Shown piece by piece: positions 19,229 through 28,948 of a stretch of DNA of 64,000 nucleotides. The notes under the pieces are model-generated. The model ran no database searches. It worked only from the letters and a program-made list of their open reading frames with translations, and had not been told where the DNA came from. Source of the stretch: an uncultured Spirochaetales bacterium (lineage in GTDB: Bacteria > Spirochaetota > Spirochaetia > Treponematales > JBGSOB01); contig CAYNQK010000002.1 of assembly GCA_964399285.1 (NCBI GenBank), positions 512 to 64,511 on the forward strand, in the 5' to 3' direction. Positions within the stretch are counted from its first letter, which is position 1. Every line of letters starts with the position of its first letter. Position numbers and translations under genes: made by a program.

Positions 19229-20073
19229 GAGGCTCCCTTGCGGTCCTTCCGGCCGAGCGCGTCCCTGAGCTTTCTCCTATTGTCCTCATTCTTGAGGAAT
19301 CCCTGGAACCAGGTCAGGGCGAAGGCGGCGAAGACGGAGAGGCAGAAGACGGCGGCGACGAAGGTGATGAGGGAACGGACGCTGGGGAGAGAATGGCCGG
19401 TAGCGATCTTCCGGGTTTCCGAAGGCCTAGACTCCCAAACGACGATCTGCTTCAGCGCGAGCGAACGCGCGAAGGCCTCGATAGAGACCGGATCACCCGG
19501 ATCCACGCCGATTTGCTCCGTGAGGCTTTCCTTGATCGCCGCGTTATACTCGCGCAATTCCTTATTCAACAGCGAAACGGCGAGCTCGGCCGCGAGCGCC
19601 GCCGAAGCTTCGCTCTCCGCTCCGATGACGACGCTGAGATCTCGCGACCCCACCTCGTCCTTCCATCTCGAAGTCCTCACGCGGATGAAACGTTCTCCGC
19701 CGATCCGCCTTTGAATCGAGTCTCGGTCAACCTTTTCCACTGGTTGAGCGGCGATGACTTCCGCCGACGGCCGCTCTCCGGAGCCCCCGATGAAAATCGA
19801 TCCAGCGATCTCAGGCGAAACCAGCAATTCCGCTACTCTAGCCCTCGTATCGTTCGCGGAGACGAGGAAGAGGGACGCCTCGTACGCCTCGGGCTCCTCG
19901 CCGGCGCGCGATCGCGCGAGCCCGAAAGCGTAATATCCCGCGGCGATGATCGCGGCTACGGCGACGGAAATTATTATAAGCCACCGCCACCGCAGCAAGA
20001 CCGCGATAAGGTCGGCGATACCGATTTCCTCTCGAGGCGGCGAAGCCTCGTGATTCCGTTCGACTTCCATCAT
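19225..20073 (-). CDS. Wzz-like polysaccharide co-polymerase (chain-length determinant family)
   Basis: 282-aa ORF with the N-terminal Wzz motif context (IGIADLIAVLLRWRWLIIISV). A periplasmic helical region and a C-terminal TM follow (LITFVAAVFCLSVFAAFALTWF). Confidence 0.65.
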   Translation of the reverse strand: MMEVERNHEASPPREEIGIADLIAVLLRWRWLIIISVAVAAIIAAGYYAFGLARSRAGEEPEAYEASLFLVSANDTRARVAELLVSPEIAGSIFIGGSGERPSAEVIAAQPVEKVDRDSIQRRIGGERFIRVRTSRWKDEVGSRDLSVVIGAESEASAALAAELAVSLLNKELREYNAAIKESLTEQIGVDPGDPVSIEAFARSLALKQIVVWESRPSETRKIATGHSLPSVRSLITFVAAVFCLSVFAAFALTWFQGFLKNEDNRRKLRDALGRKDRKGAS

Positions 20074-21143
20074 CCTTCACGCCTCCACATCGTCAGGCCT
20101 CCATACACGTCGAGGTAGCCCTTGACCATATTCTCCATTGTATACCTTTTTTCCCATGTCGACCTCGCCGCGGCTCCCGCCGATTCCAACGCCGCGCGGC
20201 TCTCCATGTACGCCGAGATCCTCCGCGCGAAACTCTCCGCCTCATTGACGCAAGCATGGCCGTTCTCGCCATCGAGCATGTCGGGGATGGCTCCGACCGC
20301 CGAGGCCACGACTGGCTTCCCGCAGGACATCGCCTCGATGATGGAAATCGGCATGCCCTCGTAGTCGCTCGGAAGAACGAAGACGTCGGCGTAATGGATC
20401 AGGTCGCCCGCATCCTCCCGCTCCCCGATGAAATACGCATTCGCCGGCGCGCCTTCCACCGGATCCTTGTTCCCGATCCAGACGAAGGCGGCGTCCGTTC
20501 CCTCGAACCTACGGGCTATTTCCTTGAAAAGGCCGTCGAGTTTTTGCGGCCCCGTCCGCGCAACGCACATGGCCAAGAATCCGTGCCTCCCCCGGATATC
20601 ATCGAGCGCGGCATCGCGCCTTGACGAGAGGCTTCTGTCCGGCGAACCATTCTCGACGAGAACGGCGTTCATGATGCCGTTCGCGTTCATATTCCGAAGG
20701 TCATACGCGCTCACCGGCACGATCGTTTCCGCGAGGGATTTCAGCGCTTTCTCGATGAAGAAGAATTTACGATTCGCCCTGAGGATCGAATCGAATCCAT
20801 GTACGGTATAAACGACTCCTCGGCGATTCGGGAACAAGGCGATCCTGCCGAGCGCGCCTGCCTTGGATGAATGCAGATGGACGATGTCAGGAGTCAGCGC
20901 CTTGACGGCGGCTCGTATGGCCCGGAGCGCCGCGAGATCATCGCGGACGCTGATTTCCCTTTTTAGGGAGGCGCAAGGGAGTCGCCTCACCCCGGGGCTA
21001 AGGGCGTCCCACATTTTTCCGCCAGGATCGGACATGACGGCGACCTCGTGCCCGAGCCCCGCGAGCGCGTTCGATAGGCTCGCGACGACTGATTGCGCGC
21101 CGCCCAGTTCAGAGAGGGTTATTATTTGGAGAATTCTCATCAT
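20070..21143 (-). CDS. Glycosyltransferase family 4 (GT-B, GT1 clan)
   Basis: N terminus MMRILQIITLSELGGAQSVV and C-terminal EGMPISIIEAMSCGKPVVAS (EX7E region). The ATG at 21143 has GGAG 5 nt upstream. The start given in the ORF track (21176) is a TTG. Confidence 0.85.
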   Translation of the reverse strand: MMRILQIITLSELGGAQSVVASLSNALAGLGHEVAVMSDPGGKMWDALSPGVRRLPCASLKREISVRDDLAALRAIRAAVKALTPDIVHLHSSKAGALGRIALFPNRRGVVYTVHGFDSILRANRKFFFIEKALKSLAETIVPVSAYDLRNMNANGIMNAVLVENGSPDRSLSSRRDAALDDIRGRHGFLAMCVARTGPQKLDGLFKEIARRFEGTDAAFVWIGNKDPVEGAPANAYFIGEREDAGDLIHYADVFVLPSDYEGMPISIIEAMSCGKPVVASAVGAIPDMLDGENGHACVNEAESFARRISAYMESRAALESAGAAARSTWEKRYTMENMVKGYLDVYGGLTMWRREG

Positions 21144-22404
21144 CACGCTCCGGGATGGATAATCCGATGAACTCAAGGGGGAAAAAGCGGGAATTCATGA
21201 TATCCGGAATGAAGAAGGACCCGATGATCCCGCAGAGGATGGCGGCCCGCTCAGCGCCCACGCGGCTTCGATGACGCGCTTTCCGGTAAAGCGCGATCAC
21301 GAGCGCCGTGAAGGACGCCGCGCCCAGGACTCCCGTCTGGGCGAGCAGCTGAAGCAGCGTGAAGTGGGGAAATTCCGCTTCAGTATACGGGGAGCTCGCG
21401 TAATTCTCGATCCCGAGCCCCGTTCCGAACAAGGGGGAATGGAGGAAGTTATTCCACCCCGACCGGAATGTGGCGATGCGTCCGTTATCGGCGAAAAACG
21501 ACTGCCCCCCGCGAGCGCCGGCGGTGATCCCGAGCGCCAATAGCGCACCCGCGCCTATGACGCCCAGGATAATCAAATAGGCTGGCTTGAATTTTTTCCC
21601 GGCTCGGACCGCGATCATCGCCATCGCGGTAGCCGCGATGGAAATCACCCCGGTTCTCGCCGTAGTCAGCATCGACGCTCCGAGGAGCATGGCCGCTACG
21701 ATCGCGCCCGCGGTCCCCCGGGCGAAAACCGCGAAACAAGCCGCTGAGGCGAAATAAAGCGAGGCGAAACTATAATCGCTGAATAGCCCCGCGTAAGCGG
21801 TCCGAGCGGGGAATTCCACCATCGTACCGAATCTATTCCCTGTCATTTTGAAGACGCAGATTTGCGTCGCGAGGATTATGGCGGCGCCGAAGGCGGAAGC
21901 GGTCCAAGCCAGACGATACCGCTCGCGATCCACCTTGAACGTCGATCCTCCGACCGCTATGACGATGAACGCAGACACGTTCGCGAAATCCTTCAGCCCG
22001 TCCATGATATGGCGCGATAGCATCGTGGAGATGAACATCGCCAGTATCGCGAGGAAGCCGAAAACGAGCGGAGCGAGGGATCCGGATCGCGACGCGCCGC
22101 CTTTCGTCGTCGACTCGAGCAGTATGACGATGCAGAACGAAGCGAAAAAAAGATTGAACCAGGAGATAGGCAGAGCGCCGTAAGATCCGCCCGTCACGTT
22201 CATGTACGAAACCGGGACTGACCATACCATCAAGTGCGAGAGAACGTCCCGCCCCGATAACCCGCCGGATCGCATCCACGCGATCAACACGGCGCACGCG
22301 GCGCAGAAAACCACGGGCGCGGCGGGAACGCGGAAGAGATAGAGAAGGTAGCTGGAGTAAAACGCGATCGCGACTCCGGCGTACGCGAGATCCCTGGATT
22401 TCAC
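21109..22404 (-). CDS. O-antigen ligase/polymerase family membrane protein (Wzy_C domain)
   Basis: Polytopic membrane protein with the Wzy_C-like motif PLFGTGLG...PHFTLLQLLAQTGVLG. I place the start at the GTG at 22404, which gives a GTGA overlap with the upstream stop. The ORF-track start at 22440 is a TTG. Confidence 0.7.
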   Translation of the reverse strand: MKSRDLAYAGVAIAFYSSYLLYLFRVPAAPVVFCAACAVLIAWMRSGGLSGRDVLSHLMVWSVPVSYMNVTGGSYGALPISWFNLFFASFCIVILLESTTKGGASRSGSLAPLVFGFLAILAMFISTMLSRHIMDGLKDFANVSAFIVIAVGGSTFKVDRERYRLAWTASAFGAAIILATQICVFKMTGNRFGTMVEFPARTAYAGLFSDYSFASLYFASAACFAVFARGTAGAIVAAMLLGASMLTTARTGVISIAATAMAMIAVRAGKKFKPAYLIILGVIGAGALLALGITAGARGGQSFFADNGRIATFRSGWNNFLHSPLFGTGLGIENYASSPYTEAEFPHFTLLQLLAQTGVLGAASFTALVIALYRKARHRSRVGAERAAILCGIIGSFFIPDIMNSRFFPLEFIGLSIPERDDENSPNNNPL

Positions 22405-23495
22405 GTTTCCCCCCGGGCCTGACCGTAGACGCGGATCCAATCGTCCGCGATCCTTTCCGCATCGAATCGTTCCTTACTATATTTCCGATGCGTCTCCCGC
22501 GGCAAGTGCTCGCTATCGAGGAATTCCCTCATTCCGCTCAGGAGGGCCTCCGGATCATCGCGCTGGACGATCTTCCCGTATTCGCCATCCGAGAGGATTT
22601 CCCTCGGGCCCGGACAGTCGGCGGCTATCACGTCGATCCCCGCCGCGAGGGCCTCCGCGATGGCGAGGCCGAAACCCTCGTGCCGTGAGGGCACCAGGAG
22701 GCAATCAGCCGCGTGGTGATACCGTTCGGGCGCGTCCGTGGGACCTATCCAATGGATGCTGGGTTCGGCGTACGAAGCCATGAGGCCGACTCTTTCAGTC
22801 CCTTCTCCGACCATGAGGAGATGGACGTCCGCCCGCTCGCCTTCAAGCGCACGGAACGCCGACAAGGCGATATCGGGCCCCTTGATCGGCTCCATGCGGC
22901 CCATGAAGAGGAAAACGCGTTCTTCGGGACCGATCCCGAGCTCATCCCTCACTACCATCCTATGCCGATCGCGTCCGGTCGCGAACCGTTCCCATTCGAT
23001 TCCGTTATGGACGGCGACGATGCCTCGAGGCCCCCGTATGCCTATCTCCGCGTACCGCGCGGCCGCCGCTTCGCTCACGTGCGTGAAAACGTCGCACTTT
23101 CTCGATAAGGCTCGATACAGCGCCAGAAGCAGCGGACTCTCCGTCTCCGCGTCGCTATGCGCCGTGCAAACGAGGCGCGGCATGCGCCGCACGAACCGCG
23201 TCGCGCAGGCGAGCATATTCGCATGAATCATGTGGGAATGGACTACGTCGGGCTTGAAAGCGCCGATTTCCCTTGATAACCGGAGAATCGCCATCGGGCC
23301 GGCGCGGCCGCGGCTCATGCCCAGATCCGACACCTTGATGCGCGGGTCGAACCGGACTCCTCCGGAGAGAGGCGGGGGTATGAGGCTCACGACCATGACT
23401 TCATGTCCCCGCGACGCCATGATCCCGGACATGAGAGCGAGCTGCCGTTCCGCTCCTCCGAGCGATAGACCGGTCGTGACGTAAAGGATCTTCAT
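22401..23495 (-). CDS. Glycosyltransferase family 4
   Basis: 364-aa ORF. N terminus MKILYVTTGLSLGGAERQL and C-terminal HEGFGLAIAEALAAGIDVIA. ATGA overlap with the upstream gene. Confidence 0.85.
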   Translation of the reverse strand: MKILYVTTGLSLGGAERQLALMSGIMASRGHEVMVVSLIPPPLSGGVRFDPRIKVSDLGMSRGRAGPMAILRLSREIGAFKPDVVHSHMIHANMLACATRFVRRMPRLVCTAHSDAETESPLLLALYRALSRKCDVFTHVSEAAAARYAEIGIRGPRGIVAVHNGIEWERFATGRDRHRMVVRDELGIGPEERVFLFMGRMEPIKGPDIALSAFRALEGERADVHLLMVGEGTERVGLMASYAEPSIHWIGPTDAPERYHHAADCLLVPSRHEGFGLAIAEALAAGIDVIAADCPGPREILSDGEYGKIVQRDDPEALLSGMREFLDSEHLPRETHRKYSKERFDAERIADDWIRVYGQARGET

Positions 23496-24472
23496 ACCGA
23501 CATGATCCTCTTGGCAAAACGTTTCAAGCCCTTATACGCGGCGAACGCGATAAGCGAACGCTGGAAAAGAAACCATAGGCCGTCGCGGGGATTCATTCGG
23601 CGCTCAAGCGCCGAGGCCCTCATTAAGGTCGCGGCCTTTCCCGAATCGCCCTTCGCCCGCGCGTTATAAGCCGCCGTCACGAGGGCTTTCGCCTTCAAGC
23701 CAGAGTAAGCTCGGCGCAGGACGCCATCTATCTCCCGGCCCGCCAAGAGCTCTTTGTCGATGACGTCGAAATACACGGGCAATTCGTCGCGCGCATCCCA
23801 AAAAGCCGACCCTTGACCCGCGCTCCGCCTATATAAGAATAGCCTCCGTTTCACGATCGTCAGGCGATGACCGGCCTTCAAGTACCGTATCCACAAGTCG
23901 AGATCCTCGTTCGATGGATAACGATCCGTGAAAGAGCCGAGCTCGAGGAGCGTCCGCTTGTACGTGAGGAGGGTCGGGCAGGCGAATGGGTTGCCCCTCG
24001 AGAGGAGGACGGGCAGGAATTCCTCGAGTCCGCCCGAGAACCAATTCGATCCCGCATCGAAGGAAGGTTCGACGGGATACGGACTCGATTTGGAAGGATT
24101 GCCGAAGAACTGCCGATACGACGAGAACGCCGCCGCTGCGCCGCTCCCCTTCAGGGCCTCGTATTCCGCCCGGACAAGACCCGGGAGATAGACGTCATCA
24201 CCGTGAAAGACGCTCACGATATCGGTTTCCGCCCGTTCTACGACAGCGCGGATGTTGCGGCAGTATCCCAGATTCTCCGCGTTCACGCGAAGGTCGACGC
24301 GCGGATCCCGCGCTGCTATCTTCCTTACGATATCAGCCGTTCCGTCCGTGGACGCATTGTCCTGGACGAGGACGCGCAGATCGGGCCAGTCCTGGGACAG
24401 GATCGATGAGAGCGTCGCCTCGATGAAAGGCGCGGCGTTGTAGACGGGCACGCAGACGCTTATCGTTTCCAT
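23492..24472 (-). CDS. Glycosyltransferase family 2
   Basis: Starts at METISVCVPVYNAAPFIEATLSSILSQ...QDNASTDGT (GT-A DxD context). The ATG at 24472 overlaps the wzx stop by 13 nt. Confidence 0.85.
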   Translation of the reverse strand: METISVCVPVYNAAPFIEATLSSILSQDWPDLRVLVQDNASTDGTADIVRKIAARDPRVDLRVNAENLGYCRNIRAVVERAETDIVSVFHGDDVYLPGLVRAEYEALKGSGAAAAFSSYRQFFGNPSKSSPYPVEPSFDAGSNWFSGGLEEFLPVLLSRGNPFACPTLLTYKRTLLELGSFTDRYPSNEDLDLWIRYLKAGHRLTIVKRRLFLYRRSAGQGSAFWDARDELPVYFDVIDKELLAGREIDGVLRRAYSGLKAKALVTAAYNARAKGDSGKAATLMRASALERRMNPRDGLWFLFQRSLIAFAAYKGLKRFAKRIMSV

Positions 24473-26007
24473 AAAACCTTCAGTATCTTGGCCCTCGCGG
24501 CGTTCAAATCGCCCTTCATGTCGGCCGGCCACGAAACGATGGTGGCGGCGACATAAGCCGCAGTGATGGCGAAACCCGCCCCGATCCTGGCAAATGGATG
24601 ATTAATGCGGGCCTGAACGAGGAATCCTATCGTCCCGAGCGGGAGGAGGATGAGCGCGAAGTGCGCCACGGTCCTTCGCCAAGGGAATATCAATCGCCCG
24701 CCGCTTCTTCCCTTGAGTATCAGCGGGCATATCCAGGTCGGAGCGAGAAGCGAACCCAACATCGTGCCGGCCGCTATTCCCGCGAGCCCGAACGCCTTGC
24801 CGAGCAGCAAGGACGCTCCGATCTTGATCCCGCCCTCAAGGAACGCGAAAGCCCAGGTGCCTTTCGTGTAATTGAAGGTATTGATCATCCCGGAATTGAA
24901 GTTCACCATCGACAAAAGGTATGAATAGGTTCCGAGGCACGCCATGACCCCTATTCCGGCGTAACCCTTTTCGCCGGTCCAGAGGAGCACGAAATCGTGG
25001 CCGAACGACAATCCGCCGATCAGCGCGAGGCCGCCGAGCGATGAACCGATGGTGGAAAAGCGCATGAAATTTTTCTTGATCCATTCCCAGTTTCCCGCCC
25101 CGAATTCTTTGGCCATGAGGGGGAGAAGGGAATTATTGACTATGAAGATCGCGGTGAAAAGCAAATTATAGAACTTGAAGGTTATGGAGTATGGCGTCAC
25201 TTCCTTCAGGCCGATCACGTTCGAGACGACGAAATTGTCGGTATTCCACACGAGAGTCGCCGCGAGCCAGATCAGGAAAAAACGCGCGCTCGTAGCGAGG
25301 AGAGTTCGGTATTCGGTATCAGACGCCTTGTCCGCATCATTGCTTTCCTCAGCCTCGCTCCCTGCTCTCAATATCGACCTCTTCCCTGAAAAAGCGATCG
25401 CCACCTTTATAAGGTTCAGTCCAAGCGATAATACCCCATTAAATATCGCGTACCAGGGCAGCGCGAGCTTCAGGAGCACTACGGATATGAGGCCGATGAA
25501 ATTGACGATCGTCCCGCCTATCTGGAAGAGGTTTTCAATATACGCACGTTGAGTTCCTATCAAGGCGCTCGAAGCTAGAGTAAACGGGAGATTAACGAAG
25601 AAGAACAAAATGATAAATAAGCTCGTATCCCTGGCTTCGGTTTCAAGCCGTATCGGGATTTTTCCCAGGGCCTTGTGCCAATCAGGAAAGATCAAATTTA
25701 TAACTAGCAGCGATATGACACTGATCGCGATCGAACTCGCGAGGCATATGGCGGCTCGAAACAGTATCTTCCGCTTGTTATTGAAGAGATTGTTCTTTCC
25801 AACCAATGTAGTCGCGGCTTGTCCGATACCGAAATTGGAAACGCTCAGGTACGATAGCACGGATAATAGAATTGCCCATAAGCCGTAACGCTCTTCGCCC
25901 CAATACGACAAAGAGATTGGGGCTGAGATCAAACCGAGCGTCGTCGATACGGCGGCACCGCCGAATCCACTCAGAAACGTCACGAAGTAATTCTTTTTCC
26001 AGTTCAT
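24460..26007 (-). CDS. wzx: Wzx-type oligosaccharide flippase (polysaccharide biosynthesis protein, MOP superfamily)
   Basis: 515-aa ORF with about 12-14 TM segments and no soluble domain. Its position in a Wzy-type locus supports the call. GC content is visibly lower than in the flanks. Confidence 0.75.
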   Translation of the reverse strand: MNWKKNYFVTFLSGFGGAAVSTTLGLISAPISLSYWGEERYGLWAILLSVLSYLSVSNFGIGQAATTLVGKNNLFNNKRKILFRAAICLASSIAISVISLLVINLIFPDWHKALGKIPIRLETEARDTSLFIILFFFVNLPFTLASSALIGTQRAYIENLFQIGGTIVNFIGLISVVLLKLALPWYAIFNGVLSLGLNLIKVAIAFSGKRSILRAGSEAEESNDADKASDTEYRTLLATSARFFLIWLAATLVWNTDNFVVSNVIGLKEVTPYSITFKFYNLLFTAIFIVNNSLLPLMAKEFGAGNWEWIKKNFMRFSTIGSSLGGLALIGGLSFGHDFVLLWTGEKGYAGIGVMACLGTYSYLLSMVNFNSGMINTFNYTKGTWAFAFLEGGIKIGASLLLGKAFGLAGIAAGTMLGSLLAPTWICPLILKGRSGGRLIFPWRRTVAHFALILLPLGTIGFLVQARINHPFARIGAGFAITAAYVAATIVSWPADMKGDLNAARAKILKVLWKR

Positions 26008-27878
26008 TTCAACCGCCTGAGCAGATTCCTGGCGCTCCTTTTAATTATCCTACCCAGGGGAAGCACCATGCCCCTGAACCGGTTGTAGTATCGGAAAAAG
26101 AAATGGGCGCAGGCAGCCGGCGCCGCGTACCCAATCGCATCCGAAAGGTAATAGAGATATGCGATGAGTTTCTTCTCGATCTTTAGCGGCGCCTTTTCAA
26201 AAGGTGCTCGCTCCCTCCTCACGGTGATGGCAGACCCCCTCCTCGAGAACACGCACACTCCGTCCCTCGCGCGCGTATGCATCGGGACCATACCGTACAT
26301 ATGGCCGTAATTCGTATGTTTCATCCTGGCCGCCAAATCCAGGTCGAACTCGTCCTTCCGGAACACGTTCGCGGTTATCAATGAATGGCTCCATGCGAAG
26401 GTCATATCTCTAGGGATATAATACCTGAGGGCCTCCTTATACGTATTGAACGACATCGACCGCGATGATTTGCTCGAACAAATGAGAAGGGCGGGAGATT
26501 GCCGCTCGAGAACGCGCAGGACTCTTGAGACCCCGTTATCCGAGATGAGGTCGTCATCGCCGAAAAGCCATACGTACTTCCCGAAGGATCGTTCTATGCA
26601 AAGGAGGAAATTCGCATCCCCGCCTACGTTCACTTCATTCCGATGATAAACGAGCCATGGCCTTCCATTAGAAAAAGCGTTGACAATTTTGGGCGTGCCA
26701 TCGAGCGAGCAATTATCGCTGATAAGGAGCTGCACCCTTTCCACTTTCCGATTCGCACGGTCTATTTGGGGAACTATCGAACCAAGGAGTTCTTCGAGGT
26801 ATTTCGCTCGATTGAAAGTGGGGATGGCTATGGTGAGCAGATATTTTCCACGCTCGTCTTTTCCAAGCATTTCTAAGACCATTCGCGCCATTTCATCGAC
26901 GAAATTCTCGGTACGGAAAACTCTAGAAGCATCGCTATTTAAAAAATTCCTTATCCGGTCACGATAGTTTTCATGAGAATTATTATTAATTTTGACAAGG
27001 AAGCGGTACATCTCCTCTTCGCTTGAAAATTTGCGCCTGTCGATGAAGCAATCCGACGGTACGAAGTCCGAGACGTTCGGCGCGCCCCAATAGATGGGCA
27101 CGCATCCGGAGAGCATGGCGTCGAGCAGTTTTTCCGTGATGTATCCAGGGATATCGCGGATATTCTCATAACAGAGAGCGAACCGGTATCTTCCGAACAC
27201 GCTTCTTTTATCGTCGGCCTTGCCCCGGTAGCTCGACCGCTTGTCCCTCACGAACGCCTTCCTCGCCGCGCCTATCCTGTTCAAGGCCCGCACGATCTTA
27301 GGCCCCCGGAAGACGCGCTCGTTCCACCCGAATCCGTAGAGATCCAGTTCTTCCGGATGGTTCTCCTCATACCATTTGATTGTCCTGAGGCGTTCGGAGT
27401 AGAGTTCGAGCGGATGCATACTGCTCTTGTTGCCTGCGATGACGCACATGAACTTCTCAGGCGCGGGTCTCAAATGGAAATCGAGGGAATCGGGAAACCG
27501 CTGCGTATAAAAGAGCTTGCGATATTTCTTACCATCCACGAGGCGGTCGTCGTAGGTATAGACCCTCTCGAACCGAGCATGCGAATCACGGTCGAAATTC
27601 TGCGGCTTGACGAGCGGGCTCTCCCACGCCAGCAACACGGATTTTCGCGCGTCGGCCGGGTCGGGCAACGCCGCCGGTATGTCGTTGTAAAGGACGAGGC
27701 ATGACTCCGATGGCGTATTGATGTCGTTCGTCGAGAGGTCGTAACCCATTTCGGCGCACCTGCGCTTGAGCGCGTAGAAGGGATACATGCAATCGTCGCG
27801 GTTGACCTTCGGATCGGAGAGGTCGAAGAGCCGATTCTTCTGGTAGTACTTGTCGACGACTATGGATATTTTTTTCAT
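26004..27878 (-). CDS. Bifunctional glycosyltransferase: N-terminal GT10 alpha-1,3/4-fucosyltransferase-like domain fused to a C-terminal GT2 domain
   Basis: RFALCYENIRDIPGYITEKLLDAMLSGCVPIYWGAPNVSDFVPSDCFI matches the GT10 FucT motif (xCFENSxxxGYxTEKxxDA...IPIYWG). From about aa 345, LLTIAIPTFNRAKYLEELLGSI...ISDNCSLDGT is a GT2 N terminus. Confidence 0.8.
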   Translation of the reverse strand: MKKISIVVDKYYQKNRLFDLSDPKVNRDDCMYPFYALKRRCAEMGYDLSTNDINTPSESCLVLYNDIPAALPDPADARKSVLLAWESPLVKPQNFDRDSHARFERVYTYDDRLVDGKKYRKLFYTQRFPDSLDFHLRPAPEKFMCVIAGNKSSMHPLELYSERLRTIKWYEENHPEELDLYGFGWNERVFRGPKIVRALNRIGAARKAFVRDKRSSYRGKADDKRSVFGRYRFALCYENIRDIPGYITEKLLDAMLSGCVPIYWGAPNVSDFVPSDCFIDRRKFSSEEEMYRFLVKINNNSHENYRDRIRNFLNSDASRVFRTENFVDEMARMVLEMLGKDERGKYLLTIAIPTFNRAKYLEELLGSIVPQIDRANRKVERVQLLISDNCSLDGTPKIVNAFSNGRPWLVYHRNEVNVGGDANFLLCIERSFGKYVWLFGDDDLISDNGVSRVLRVLERQSPALLICSSKSSRSMSFNTYKEALRYYIPRDMTFAWSHSLITANVFRKDEFDLDLAARMKHTNYGHMYGMVPMHTRARDGVCVFSRRGSAITVRRERAPFEKAPLKIEKKLIAYLYYLSDAIGYAAPAACAHFFFRYYNRFRGMVLPLGRIIKRSARNLLRRLK

Positions 27879-28948
27879 GCCGGGCCCAGCTCCTCGAATA
27901 TGGCCTTGAAACGATCCGCGTAGGAGTACTTCTCCGATCGCGCGTATCCCCCTCGGCAGATCGCGATCCGCGCGTCATCGTTATTGAGGTAGTACTTCGT
28001 CTGAGCGATGAGCTCGTCGATCGTCGCGAACAAGGCGATCTCCTTCCCCGGGACGAAGTAATCGTCGATCTCGAGGGCGAAATGGCTGAGCTGGAATCCG
28101 CCCGCGGCGGGTATCTCGAAATTGCGGGCTTTGATGGACTCGCGCCGTTTCTCGCTGAATACCGACGCATATATGTTCGACAATCCTTTCTTGATGCTTC
28201 TTCCCCAGGAACCGTACCGCCCAGCGTTCAGGCCGAACAGCGCCCGTAGGGCATCGATCGCGAGGAATCGCCTGAACGAGGGCAGGGAAGGAATAGAATT
28301 GGTGAGGTTCAGGTTGATCTTCGACGTATGGAATATTTTTTCCATCTGCGCGATGGTAAGGCGCCCGTTCTGCCAGCCGTAGCCGAAGCATTCCACTTTT
28401 ATTCCGGCTTTCTCGAGCTCGCGGACGATCCATTCGCGCGTCGCGTTCCTTCCGCCCACGAAACTGATGTCGTAAAGGTAATCCACCTTTTCGACGTCCA
28501 GCCCCGGCACGTATCGCGGGCTGGCCCATTGCGTCCGAACGACCCGGCATCCGAGCGCGCGATATTCATGCACCTTGTATTTATCCACCGTGATCGACGC
28601 CCCGAGGTGGGGAGCGATATGACGGGAGTAGCCCTCGAATCTCCATTGATCGTCGCAGAACCAATTGACGGCGAAGCACTTAGGCTTCAACGCGTCGAAA
28701 GTATCATTCGACACCTCGTTCCGCATGAGCTGGAAATACGCCAGGTCCGGCTTAGCGACGTCAACGGCTTCGATTATTTTACGCTGCAGGCCCCCGAGAT
28801 CCTCGGGGTACCCGTTATCTTCGAGCCAGAACGGAATGACGTCGGCGCCGGCGGCCACCATCGCCGGGACCATGATGAGTTTCTCACCGGAGTCGCCGCG
28901 CGCCGGGACGCCGTAATCGTACTTAAGGAGGCAGGCGAGGACCTTCAT
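27875..28948 (-). CDS. CgeB-family glycosyltransferase-like protein (Glyco_trans_1_2 / DUF3880 type)
   Basis: Start at the ATG at 28948 (ATGA overlap). The C-terminal FEIPAAGGFQLSHFALEIDDYFVPGKEIALFATIDELIAQTKYYLNNDDARIAI is typical of the CgeB-like family. Confidence 0.65.
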   Translation of the reverse strand: MKVLACLLKYDYGVPARGDSGEKLIMVPAMVAAGADVIPFWLEDNGYPEDLGGLQRKIIEAVDVAKPDLAYFQLMRNEVSNDTFDALKPKCFAVNWFCDDQWRFEGYSRHIAPHLGASITVDKYKVHEYRALGCRVVRTQWASPRYVPGLDVEKVDYLYDISFVGGRNATREWIVRELEKAGIKVECFGYGWQNGRLTIAQMEKIFHTSKINLNLTNSIPSLPSFRRFLAIDALRALFGLNAGRYGSWGRSIKKGLSNIYASVFSEKRRESIKARNFEIPAAGGFQLSHFALEIDDYFVPGKEIALFATIDELIAQTKYYLNNDDARIAICRGGYARSEKYSYADRFKAIFEELGPA

